From: Schizochytrium sp. TIO01
Lineage: Eukaryota > Protista > Bigyra: Labyrinthulomycetes
DNA length: 64,000 nt
NCBI GenBank assembly: GCA_004764695.1
Contig: SMSO01000032.1
Coordinates: 806,001-870,000, forward strand
Reading direction: 5' to 3'
Shown here: in pieces, positions 35,454 through 44,813 of the stretch
Numbering within the stretch: the first letter of the stretch is position 1
Layout of the letters: each line of letters opens with the position of its first letter
Translations under genes and position numbers: made by a program
Notes under the pieces: generated by a model
The model's database searches: none
Told to the model about the DNA's origin: nothing
What the model saw: only the letters and a program-made list of their open reading frames with translations

Positions 35454-37832
35454 ATGGACGATCTTGCGAGTATTTTGCAAGAGGCCAAATACAAGCAAGC
35501 AATGCTTGACTTGAAGAGAAGACCTGTGCGGCGTATTCCCGATCTTCCGAGAACGAAATCGTCACGCAAGCTTGTGGAGAATAATGATGTGGACCTCGAT
35601 ACCATGATCAAGGACCCCATCGGCGTGTGGTTTTTAAGGTGTTTCGCGGACCTTGAACACAAATTCAACGCCGCGGTGGAGGCAGCTACGGAAGGTGATC
35701 AGCTGCAGCTCGAGCTTGAGACACAGAGCTTTGCAGACGATTCCTCGGTACACGGCATGCCAGACGAGCATGAAGGGACATTTCTTAAATTTGTCAATGC
35801 ATTTTACGCCCGAAGACACGCCGACCCATCAAACTCAGTTCCTCGTGACGTTATGATCATGCTTATCCGCCATTATGACCTCGAGCAGCTTGAGCCAGTC
35901 TTGCGTGAGCTCACTGACGCAGATTTAGACCACGCTGTGCGTGAGACATTAGTGCATGCGCTTGACGAGGCCATGCAGCAGGACCTTTCTGCGGCTAGTG
36001 AGGCAAACAGCGAAGACGAGAATGATGACCACCATAAGGTACCCATGCCTCCACTCCTACGTCATACGAGCACTATTGTTGATCAAAGCGATGAGGAGCA
36101 TCCCCACCGACCTTTGCGTCACATGCCCGGCAGTGTGGGGTCCATTGAATTCCCTGCACCAGCTGAAGAAGCGTACGGTCTTCCTCAACACGAAGACGGG
36201 GAGCTCTTGGAGGAGAATCGTTCGCAGGTAGATATTGCCGATCACCTGGATGATGCTGATGATGACGATATTGACCTTGCAGATGAAGATGATGTGCAAC
36301 AGATCGATGACCCGGAGGAGATCGACAAACCCGTGTCCAAAATTTCAAGGCAACAGGAGACGAATCGTCGACGTTTCTCTAGCTCTGTGTCCGATTTACC
36401 ATTTGTCGCTTTAGCAAGTCAGCTCCGCCGAGCAAACTCAGTTCAACGACGGGTGGTTGAGCGCCGGAAACAGATTGTTTCACTCCGCAAACTCCATTCT
36501 GAGCGGACCATTGGGCTCAATGAAGCTGTCGATTCCCTGATTAAGATCGTCTGCGAGCCTATTTTTCGGCGCTTTATGGCTCACAAACTTTCCGTTCGCC
36601 AATATTGTCGAATTAAATCGTTTATCCAACGTCCAATGCAAGACAGCTACTTTAATCGTCTTCGCGTGCTAGGACGAGGCGCTACTGGTCGTGTATATGC
36701 ATGCATGCAAATTTTCACGGGCAGGCCCATGGCAATGAAAGTGATGCCAAAAAAACTCGTAAAATATCGGCGAACCACCTCGCAGGTGAAAGCTGAGCGA
36801 CGGGTTCTCGAAGCGCTGGCACGGAAGCCATCGCCCTACTGTATGCGTCTCTTATTTGCATACCAAACAAAGGAGTCATTTCATTTTGTGCTCCCTTTGG
36901 CTATTGCTGGCGACCTACGTTTTCACTTGTCTTCTGGCCCACTCTCTAAGAAGCGTGCATTAGTCTACGCTGCCGAGGTAGCATGTGGGCTGGGTCACAT
37001 CCACTCTCTCGGATATGTAATGCGCGACCTGAAGCCGCGCAATATTCTCCTTGATGCACAAGGGCGCTGCCGGATCTCCGACTTTGGACTTGCAGTCAAT
37101 GTTGGAGACGGCACACTCATCAGAGGGCGTGCGGGTACTGTGGGTTACTGGGCACCTCAAGTTCTTTCGGGTGAACGATACGGCCAAGACGCTGATTGGT
37201 GGAGCTATGGTGTCTGTGTATACGAATTCTTTGCTGGTTTCAACCCGTTCTCCCGCAGGTTCACAGGATGTGTATCTCGTAATGAGGCTACTTTGCACGC
37301 TCAAATTCGGTATCCTCCTGGTTTTCCAGAAAATGTGGAGGCATTTGTATCTTGCCTTCTCCAGCGTGATGTATCAAAGCGCCTCGGATGTCGCGGCCGG
37401 GGTGTTAATGAGGTCTTGGAAGAAGGTGCTCAAGATATCTGGCGTTCGTACGATCTCGATGCAATCCGCAATGCGACTCACAAAGCAGTTTGGATGCCCA
37501 TGACTGGCGTCATCTATGCAGAGTCTGAGAGCGAAATTGCTGCCAACGAAGAAAAGAAGCTTCCGGATGTCCATAAAGTGCGTGTGAATCCGGGCGATAT
37601 GCCTCCTTTTGATGACTTTGTCGCGCTGTATGACTACCAGACAGATCTTGCACGCGTCATGTCATTCCATATTGATCAAGGGCTTTTGCAGAGTGACATT
37701 CTTTCCAAGTACAAACGTGGCAAACTTCCCCATTCCCCAGTCAGAGATGATCCTTCTTCTTCACAAGAATCTTCTGCGCGCTCCATTGATGGTGCATCTA
37801 TTCGGGCCAACTCTAAATGCTTGGTCATGTGA
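35454..37832 (+). CDS. GRK: G protein-coupled receptor kinase (GRK)-like AGC kinase with RH domain and C-terminal CaaX, 792 aa
   Basis: ATG at 35454 in GGCACCATGG context. N-terminal MDDLASILQEAKYKQAM resembles the GRK2 alphaN helix MADLEAVLADVSYLMAM. RH-like KDPIGVWFLRCF and IFRRFM..RQYCRIK. Kinase RVLGRG, AGDLRFHL, RISDFGLAV, LIRGRAGTVGYWAP. Ends CLVM-stop. Confidence 0.85.
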   Translation: MDDLASILQEAKYKQAMLDLKRRPVRRIPDLPRTKSSRKLVENNDVDLDTMIKDPIGVWFLRCFADLEHKFNAAVEAATEGDQLQLELETQSFADDSSVHGMPDEHEGTFLKFVNAFYARRHADPSNSVPRDVMIMLIRHYDLEQLEPVLRELTDADLDHAVRETLVHALDEAMQQDLSAASEANSEDENDDHHKVPMPPLLRHTSTIVDQSDEEHPHRPLRHMPGSVGSIEFPAPAEEAYGLPQHEDGELLEENRSQVDIADHLDDADDDDIDLADEDDVQQIDDPEEIDKPVSKISRQQETNRRRFSSSVSDLPFVALASQLRRANSVQRRVVERRKQIVSLRKLHSERTIGLNEAVDSLIKIVCEPIFRRFMAHKLSVRQYCRIKSFIQRPMQDSYFNRLRVLGRGATGRVYACMQIFTGRPMAMKVMPKKLVKYRRTTSQVKAERRVLEALARKPSPYCMRLLFAYQTKESFHFVLPLAIAGDLRFHLSSGPLSKKRALVYAAEVACGLGHIHSLGYVMRDLKPRNILLDAQGRCRISDFGLAVNVGDGTLIRGRAGTVGYWAPQVLSGERYGQDADWWSYGVCVYEFFAGFNPFSRRFTGCVSRNEATLHAQIRYPPGFPENVEAFVSCLLQRDVSKRLGCRGRGVNEVLEEGAQDIWRSYDLDAIRNATHKAVWMPMTGVIYAESESEIAANEEKKLPDVHKVRVNPGDMPPFDDFVALYDYQTDLARVMSFHIDQGLLQSDILSKYKRGKLPHSPVRDDPSSSQESSARSIDGASIRANSKCLVM

Positions 37833-39010
37833 ATACTGACAAATAAATAATCACAAGAGCTATCCTCTTTACTACTCCAACTGCAAATAGGCTATAACTA
37901 CTATCTACACTCTTAATTGAAAAACAATTATCTACCTAAAATCGCGCTACTTATGTCATTGAAGCAGTGCGTACAAAATTTTAACATGTGTTCATAAATT
38001 TTGTAAAATTCAATTCTCCAACTCCCAATTTACAAACCTTTGTTAGCCCGAGGTGGTTGATTGGACTATGAAACCAACACAAGCTTTGGAAAGAGGTTAC
38101 TTCAATACTTCGAGACTTCCGAACTTTGCACTGTGTGGCTGGTGCCCCACCACACTATGGAAAACGAAACGCCACGAAGTCACATTGTCCACCGATAGAA
38201 ACCCAATTAACCCCCATTTAACTTTCGCATTTAGTTGTCTCAGGCCATCTGCTTGGTGAACACACTGGAACATTGATCGGCAATCGCTCGCTCTGCATTT
38301 CAATACGTGCTTTGTCTTCAGAGCAAGAGCCTCTCAATTTATACGGGGTCCTGCGCCGCAAGCAATTTGCAAAATAAACTTTTTACATTTGTACAGGTTT
38401 ATAGACCACTTGGTATATCAAAACGGTCTAACGCTCCTACCTTGGTTTTATTCCCAGAGGTGCGTCTCTCACCAAACCAGGGTATTATGTATTACTACAA
38501 GAATCAATAACTCGGGTATTCTGGTACTATACTGGTCGCACAGACAGCTAGATAAAACCGTCAGCAGAAATGCCAAAGCAATTTGAGCTCGAAGAGCACC
38601 GGCGAAGGTGAGTCAGTTCAAGCTGGCAGATATTTCCAGCATCAGCAGCAAAGCCTGGCCAGCATCCCTCTCTCTGCCGGGCCCTCACGGTCCCATCTGC
38701 TCCATGCACTGTGCGATGCATTGGTGCACCTGAAGAAGATTTGCGTGCTTGGTTAGTCATAACTTCTCACTGCAAACACGAGGAAAGAAAGAAAGAAGAA
38801 AGAAAGAAAGAACTTGAAAGAAAGAACTTGAGAAGAAAGGATCGCTGCTTTAGTGCTATTGCTACGCTACGACTAGATAGCGACAGTAGCAGCGATGCTT
38901 CGTCCATATCGTCCATAAGAAACACAATTCGCTCGAAACGAAGGAAAGCATCTTTCTTTTTACAAGCTCTTCTAAGCACCACGAAAATAAGCAGTGACTT
39001 GGTGTAGGAG

Positions 39011-39082
<72 letters not shown>
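39011..39082. repeat. (GTCT)18 microsatellite
   Basis: Perfect tetranucleotide run. Confidence 0.95.
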
Positions 39083-39083
<1 letters not shown>

Positions 39084-40039
39084 CATAGAGATCGACCTTC
39101 AAAGTAGAGATGAATTGGTTGCTAGGCCTGAATTGTACAACGATGATGATGATTATCACACGAGAAAACAGGCTGAGGTGATCTTTTATTTTCCCATCAT
39201 AGTTAGTGCCTATGTCCGTAATCGTGATTAGGTAAATAGAGAAGCGAGTCAACAAATAAGCAGCTAAACAACAAACAATACGTAAGTAAGTAATAAATAA
39301 ACATAAAGGCCCTTCGAGAGAATGAATGAGAGGCAGAGGGGAAAAAAAGGCGCAGGAGACGCGAGGAAAAAGCGGAAAAGCTCAGGAAAGGCGGCAAACG
39401 GCAGGCCCAGAGGCCGGATGCTGCGTGTTCTTGGGCCCCTGCAGGCCCCCAACCGGCCCGCTGGCCTCCCTGCCTCTCAGCCAGGACCCCCGGGAGCCCC
39501 GAGGCCGTGAGCTTCGCGCCTATCCACACACAGGCAGGCGGCAGCGGCGGCGGCGGAAGCAGAGATGGATGAGCAAACGGGGCGGGAAAGGCGATGAAAA
39601 GTGCCAACTACCCCCGTTTCTTTTAAAACGAGATAAAACAGTCGCAGGAGAGAAAGAAACAGAAGCGTCCTAGGGTTGAGGTTAGGGAGGTGCTATCCAA
39701 CCATCGCTTCGGAAAAGGAAGGAAGAAGGGGAGGCCTCGCCGGGGACAGCTAAGGACTTGAAGCAGCAGCAGCAGCAGCTCTGTTGAAACAGCTCCGTTG
39801 AAACAGCTCGCGCGCTCAGAGATGAAGAAGCTGGCCGTCGCCGCGCACAAGAAGGCCCGCTGCGTCTTATTCTACGCTGGAAGCCGCCTCGCTGCTGTCT
39901 CACGCTCGCGTTGACTCGGTGATTGGCGATGCAGAGCCGTTCGCCAGAGGTTCTGTCGAATGACCACTGTCAGCCAATTGAATGAGGCAGAAAAAACCTC
40001 TTCATCGTCTTCATTTATTCATTCATTCATTCACTCATC

Positions 40040-40177
40040 GTTTGTTTGTTTGTTTGTTTGTTTGTTTGTTTGTTTATTTGTTTGTTTGTTTGTTCATTTG
40101 TTTATTTGTTTGTTTGTTTGTTTGTTTGTTTGTTTGTTTGTTTGTTTGTTTGTTTGTTTGTTTGTTTGTTTGTTTGT
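40040..40177. repeat. (GTTT)n microsatellite, about 34 units with a few substitutions
   Basis: Directly visible; generates the spurious FVCL ORFs. Confidence 0.95.
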
Positions 40178-40428
40178 AGGCTATACGATGTTTGTTTGAT
40201 TGCTTGCTTAATTTGTTGACTTATTTGTAAGAGTACCTATACTATATATTTATGTATGATTATTGCCCATCAATCATCGACTTGAACTCATTCAATTCAA
40301 TCGTTCAATTGGTGAATTCATTCACGCATCTCAATTAACCTTGATCGACCTGCAAAGCGAGCATCAAAACTTGAACGAGGCGAGTGCGAGCGAGCGCAAC
40401 AGTCTCGGCTACTTGCGGATCAGAAACG

Positions 40429-42009
40429 ATGATTGAAGAGGAGGAGGACTTCAAGATCGAGCAGATCTTGAAGCGGCGCAAGCAGCGCAACGTGGACAGC
40501 TTCTCGTACCTCATCAAATGGGAGGGCTACGAGTCTGAAGATAACACCTGGCAGACGCGCGAGGACCTCATCGCCGACGGCTATGGCCCTGAGATTGAGG
40601 CCTATGATGCCCAAGCCGGCAAAAAGGGCCGCTCTAAGAAGACGGGAAGCCGCCAGCGCTCCAAGACACCCAAGCGTAAGGTCCCTGAGGTCGAAGAGGA
40701 CGAAGAAGATATCGCCATCACTGACCAGGCCAGAAACATTGATCCTGTGCAAGGCAATGAGGAGGAAGAGGAAGAAGAAAGAGTAGAAGAAGAAGAAGTA
40801 GAAGAAGAAGTAGAAGAAGAAGAAGAAGAAGAAGAAGAAGAAGAAGAAGAAGAAGATGATGATGATGAAAAAAACGTGCAAGATGACAATGAGGAAGAGC
40901 AAGAGGAAGAGGACTCTCAGCCGCAGAATAATAACGAAGAAGAGAAATCCTCATCAGGAGAGGATGACAATGAAGATGAAGATGAAAATGAAAATGTCGA
41001 TTCTACTGATGTGAAGATTGATGATGATGAAACAGATGATGCATCGACACCTCAGGGTGGCGTGGCGAGCAGCATCGCAGCTGATTTTGTGCATGCGGAT
41101 CTTGCTAAGGCGAGCGAAAAGAATGTTGTGGGACGCTTTCTCTTTCTCGTACTTGGCACGTGGCTGTGCGGAATCACTTGGAAGTCAATCAAGATGCACC
41201 TGGACTACACTGAGGGCGGCCAGTCCAACAACAGCTTGACTGACCTAAAGCGTCTCAATGTCGCATCCCTCTTCACCGATCCGCTTCCAATGCTCATTAT
41301 GGTGGGTTACACGCTCAACTATGGACGATCGACTGATTTCATGAACCGATCATGTGCCATGATGGTATTTATTGCGCTTGCAACCTTCACGCTTGACCTC
41401 GGCAAGATCTTTCCCTCCGAGTTCGCATACGGACCTGGCAAATTCTCCCCTTACCTCTTCTCCTTGATTATCTGGCAACTTCTCGAGATCATGGCTCTCT
41501 ACGCCGTCGATGGGTCTGACGTGACCAAGCCCCGTAACGATAAGGTCCTGCAAAAGAGGAAAATGGTCTCCACCATCTCCAACGTTCTCTCTGTCATGGG
41601 CTACTTCGTGATCGCTGGCATCACCTACCAGCAGTTTATCCAGGACTCCTATAAGGACGTCCTTCTCTATGGCACTGTGGCCCTTTCACTATGCAGCGTT
41701 TGCCGTGCCCTAGCTCGTTTTCTCGCTAGTCTCGTGGGTGGCAAGGAGGGTGCCCCCTTTTATCTCTCCCTGGAGCTTGTTGGTGCTATCTGCGGTGCAC
41801 TCTACATCATCATTGCAGCTGCTCAGCTTCACCCAATGCACCAGAATAAGATTCCTCACGATGAGACCTACAAGGTTATCAACATCTATCCTGGCCGTGA
41901 GAAGACTCTTGATGTGAAAATTCCTCACTTTGAGATCATTCATGAGCTCTTCGCTCTCGCAAATTGCGTGACCTTCATGTGCTCCTCCCTCATGTTTCAC
42001 CAACCCTAA
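40429..42009 (+). CDS. Chromodomain + basic R/S/K patch + acidic tract + multipass membrane domain protein, 526 aa
   Basis: First ATG at 40429. FKIEQILKRR...YLIKWEGYESEDNTWQ is a chromodomain. Then KKGRSKKTGSRQRSKTPKRK, a poly-E/D tract encoded by (GAA)n, and about 7-8 hydrophobic segments in the C-terminal half. Confidence 0.88.
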   Translation: MIEEEEDFKIEQILKRRKQRNVDSFSYLIKWEGYESEDNTWQTREDLIADGYGPEIEAYDAQAGKKGRSKKTGSRQRSKTPKRKVPEVEEDEEDIAITDQARNIDPVQGNEEEEEEERVEEEEVEEEVEEEEEEEEEEEEEEDDDDEKNVQDDNEEEQEEEDSQPQNNNEEEKSSSGEDDNEDEDENENVDSTDVKIDDDETDDASTPQGGVASSIAADFVHADLAKASEKNVVGRFLFLVLGTWLCGITWKSIKMHLDYTEGGQSNNSLTDLKRLNVASLFTDPLPMLIMVGYTLNYGRSTDFMNRSCAMMVFIALATFTLDLGKIFPSEFAYGPGKFSPYLFSLIIWQLLEIMALYAVDGSDVTKPRNDKVLQKRKMVSTISNVLSVMGYFVIAGITYQQFIQDSYKDVLLYGTVALSLCSVCRALARFLASLVGGKEGAPFYLSLELVGAICGALYIIIAAAQLHPMHQNKIPHDETYKVINIYPGREKTLDVKIPHFEIIHELFALANCVTFMCSSLMFHQP

Positions 42010-42453
42010 TAAAAACAGATGCCTGCTAGCACCCAATTCCTCCTATCGCCTTACCCGGCGCTCACACAGTAAAACAGGGCGCCCACCTGGCTCGATAGAC
42101 CCCCACCCAAAACGCATAAGCGTCTTCAAGGGAATAAAATAAACGTATGGCATGCGAATCTTTTTTCGTACGATTTCTTTCACAATACCAAACAAGCATG
42201 AAAAATTTATAAAACACCCATGCCAAATTTAAACAGATAATATAAACCACAAATTTAAATTCCCAGTATGGTCCTCAGATACGAACAACAGTAACAACAA
42301 TATTCCATGGATTTTTTTGTTTCAACCATATGAGATGTCCAGAAGACTTCCTCAAGCCTAACACTCTGTCGTCTCTGTCTATATATACTTTAACACTGTA
42401 TATACAGAGGTCTCTCTATATAGAAAATTATATGCAACATGCGAAGCTAGCAA

Positions 42454-42900
42454 TCATTTGCCAATGACAAGAACTTGCTTTTGCGTAGACATAAGGTGCT
42501 TGTGCATGCGGAAATTAGCATAATGATGTGTCATAATAAACCGAGTAAGTTCCACAGCCTGACCTGGCGAGAACACACCTGTGGTCCATGGGGGCCGCTC
42601 GCAACTCTTGACTATGAGGAGTTCCTTGAACTTTGCAAAGCTTTGTGCCATTGTACAAAGAGGCTCGTCACGTTCAAAAGTCAAAACGGTGAGTAAAATA
42701 GAAAATGTCTCGCGCGTGCATGACCATGTCCACTCCTGCTTCCGGGCGAGGCACAATGCTTCGAAGAGGAGTTCCACCGGTGGGTAGCTGCTATCTGTCT
42801 GGCCAACTTCCGGCCCTGCACAACTCGCTTGAGCAGCATTATATAGTTGCTTCCGGCACCACTCAACATCGCGCGAAGACAACAACTGCTCATCAAACAT
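42454..42900 (-). CDS. Probable flagellar central-pair C1a-32/CLAMP-domain protein (CFAP119/CCDC189-like), about 148 aa
   Basis: FAKFKELLIVKSCERPPWTTGVFS...FIMTHHYANFRMHKHL resembles the family motif FxxLL...RPP...F......Y...Y..HYKLY. First ATG at 42900, with an in-frame TAA just upstream of the track's GTG start. An upstream exon is not excluded. Confidence 0.65.
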   Translation of the reverse strand: MFDEQLLSSRDVEWCRKQLYNAAQASCAGPEVGQTDSSYPPVELLFEALCLARKQEWTWSCTRETFSILLTVLTFERDEPLCTMAQSFAKFKELLIVKSCERPPWTTGVFSPGQAVELTRFIMTHHYANFRMHKHLMSTQKQVLVIGK

Positions 42901-43371
42901 TTCTCCTCCGCAAATCCTGGACACGTTCTTCACTGGGCGCCTTTAGAAAACTGAAATGCTCCTTCGCAGAAATAAAGCACCCGAATTATTCTTGTTTGAG
43001 TTCAAGTTTGGCCAGGCTTGCTTGACTCTCTTTGATCTGAGATAGCAACGCAAGTTCTTCCCAACCACTATGCGCTTCTCTGGCAAAAGAAAGATCCGTT
43101 CATTTCTTCTCCTTCTCCATTCTTTCTAGGAGAAAAAGTTAGCTATGTTCTACATACTATTTCATTCAGGGAAAAAAAATAAAATAGTTTATATTGTTTT
43201 TCTTTTTTAATTTTAAAAAAAGTACTACAAAGGAAAAGAAAAATCCATGCTTTTACATTAGGCCACTTTTCGGAAGCTTGCTTGCTTGCTTTGCCAGAAG
43301 AGGAAGAAGAAGAAGCTTTCTTGCTTTCTTGCTAATCTTTGTCAATTCTAACATCAGATAGACCACTTGAC

Positions 43372-44236
43372 TTAGTGCTCGTGGTTGCCAACTGTAAGAT
43401 GGTTATTATTGAAGAATTGAGCAGTTGATGTTGTTCTTCGGTTGGAGCCAGTCCCGTTGGGCTGTTCACAATCAATACCATAGTGGGTATTGGTTGTGCG
43501 CATTGAGCCAAATTTCTGTGGAAAATCATGTTTTTTTCATGTCGATAAGTGTCAGTCTACCTTTAACCTTCATCTCTACAACACCAAAAAATCCCCAGGA
43601 TATGTAGAATGCTCGCAGAAAGATAACTTACCATGGGTTTCCAGGTCTGCACCTTGCCAATTTCATCAGGCTTAACAGAGTGGGCTTGGTCATATTCGAA
43701 AAACTCCTCCTTCTCAGCAGTTTTAGTCCTGGTTTCCTCAGGCAAAGCCTCGTCTCCAGCGAGTGCAGCGGCGTTAATCTTCTCCTGCAATAGCTTCTTT
43801 GCCATTTTTGCTTGAGATTGATTCACAGCTCGAATTGCCTCGCGGTACTGCTCGATGGCAATAGTATTTGAGAACTCATCACGCTTGGGAGGATCGCTTG
43901 ATCCGAATCCTGGCTTGCGAGCCACCTTGAGATAGCCTAATCATGACGTAAAATGCACTTGTGTCAACCGGTTAGAAAGCTACGACACCTCTACCCATTG
44001 TCTTTGTTACCAAACTTACTGTTGCGCTCCATGTACGGGTCGCCCTTGCCGTCCTTGTAAAAAGGGAATTTACCAAAGAGCTCGTTTTTGTGCGGCAAAG
44101 AAATCTGCTTGCCTTCATATCGGCTATTCTTGTCGCGTGTACTCACATACACGTTCTTCTCTTTATCGCGCGATACATTAATGGACATGTGCCCCAAGTC
44201 CGCCTTGGTGTGGACCTTGTACTTGGTTGCGTACAT
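43372..44236 (-). CDS. Three-exon gene, 221 aa, probable flagellar-associated protein (CFAP96/UPF0602-like, tentative)
   Basis: Exons 44236..44020, 43936..43632 and 43515..43372. Both introns start GTAAGT and end TAG/CAG, and the phases fit (217+305+144=666 nt). Product MYATKYK...GDPYMERNS/YLKVARKPGFGSSDPPKRDEFSNTIAIEQYRE...WKPM/KFGSMRTT...FFNNNHL. Confidence 0.75.
43516..43631 (-). other. Spliceosomal intron (116 nt)
   Basis: GTAAGT donor, TTTTCCACAG acceptor, phase 0. Confidence 0.7.
43937..44019 (-). other. Spliceosomal intron (83 nt)
   Basis: GTAAGT donor, CTAAC branch-like motif, TAG acceptor; restores the frame. Confidence 0.8.
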
Positions 44237-44813
44237 CTTGGCAACTTGCTTTAATTCGTGTCCTCCACTGCTCTTCAAAGACGACCAGGTCTTCCTCTTG
44301 CTGCTGACCAACAAAGGTCCAAGGCTTTCCTCTCTCCGTACTCGTTGTGACCTTCTTCGGCGCTTTGTTGCTCGTGTCACGTCTCCTCCTCTTCTGAACG
44401 AGTCTGCGAACCTCCAAACTTGCGTAAACTATTCGCTGAGGATTAATCCTTACAATTTAAGTTGTGATCTTATTCTTGAGTTCTACACTTCATGTGTAAA
44501 CTTTGTGGGAACGCGCTTCACTCAATGGCACATCACTCTCAAATCAATCCGTTGAAAACTGCAGAGCACCACGTCCATGGCTGAAGAAACTATTTTACCT
44601 ATTTTACCTACTTTAAGTTCTTTTTTGTCATTTAGGCCCTTTTTAAAGTCTCTCAGCCTGTTCATTTGCAGCCTCTTGTCCCAAATTCAGTTTAACTAAT
44701 GGTCTCATCAGCGCAGCGAAGAATCCTCCAAACCCACATCGAGCTTGGTGGAAAACTTCGTGGTTGCTGGCATTACCTGTTTGGGGGGTTCGTGGTGATT
44801 AAAGAAAGGCTCA

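Noticed and set aside
39670-39690. TAGGG/TTAGGG telomere-like words
   Set aside because: Only two imperfect copies, not an array.
38711-40199. ORFs with DRQT and FVCL repeats
   Set aside because: They are translations of the (GTCT)n and (GTTT)n microsatellites.
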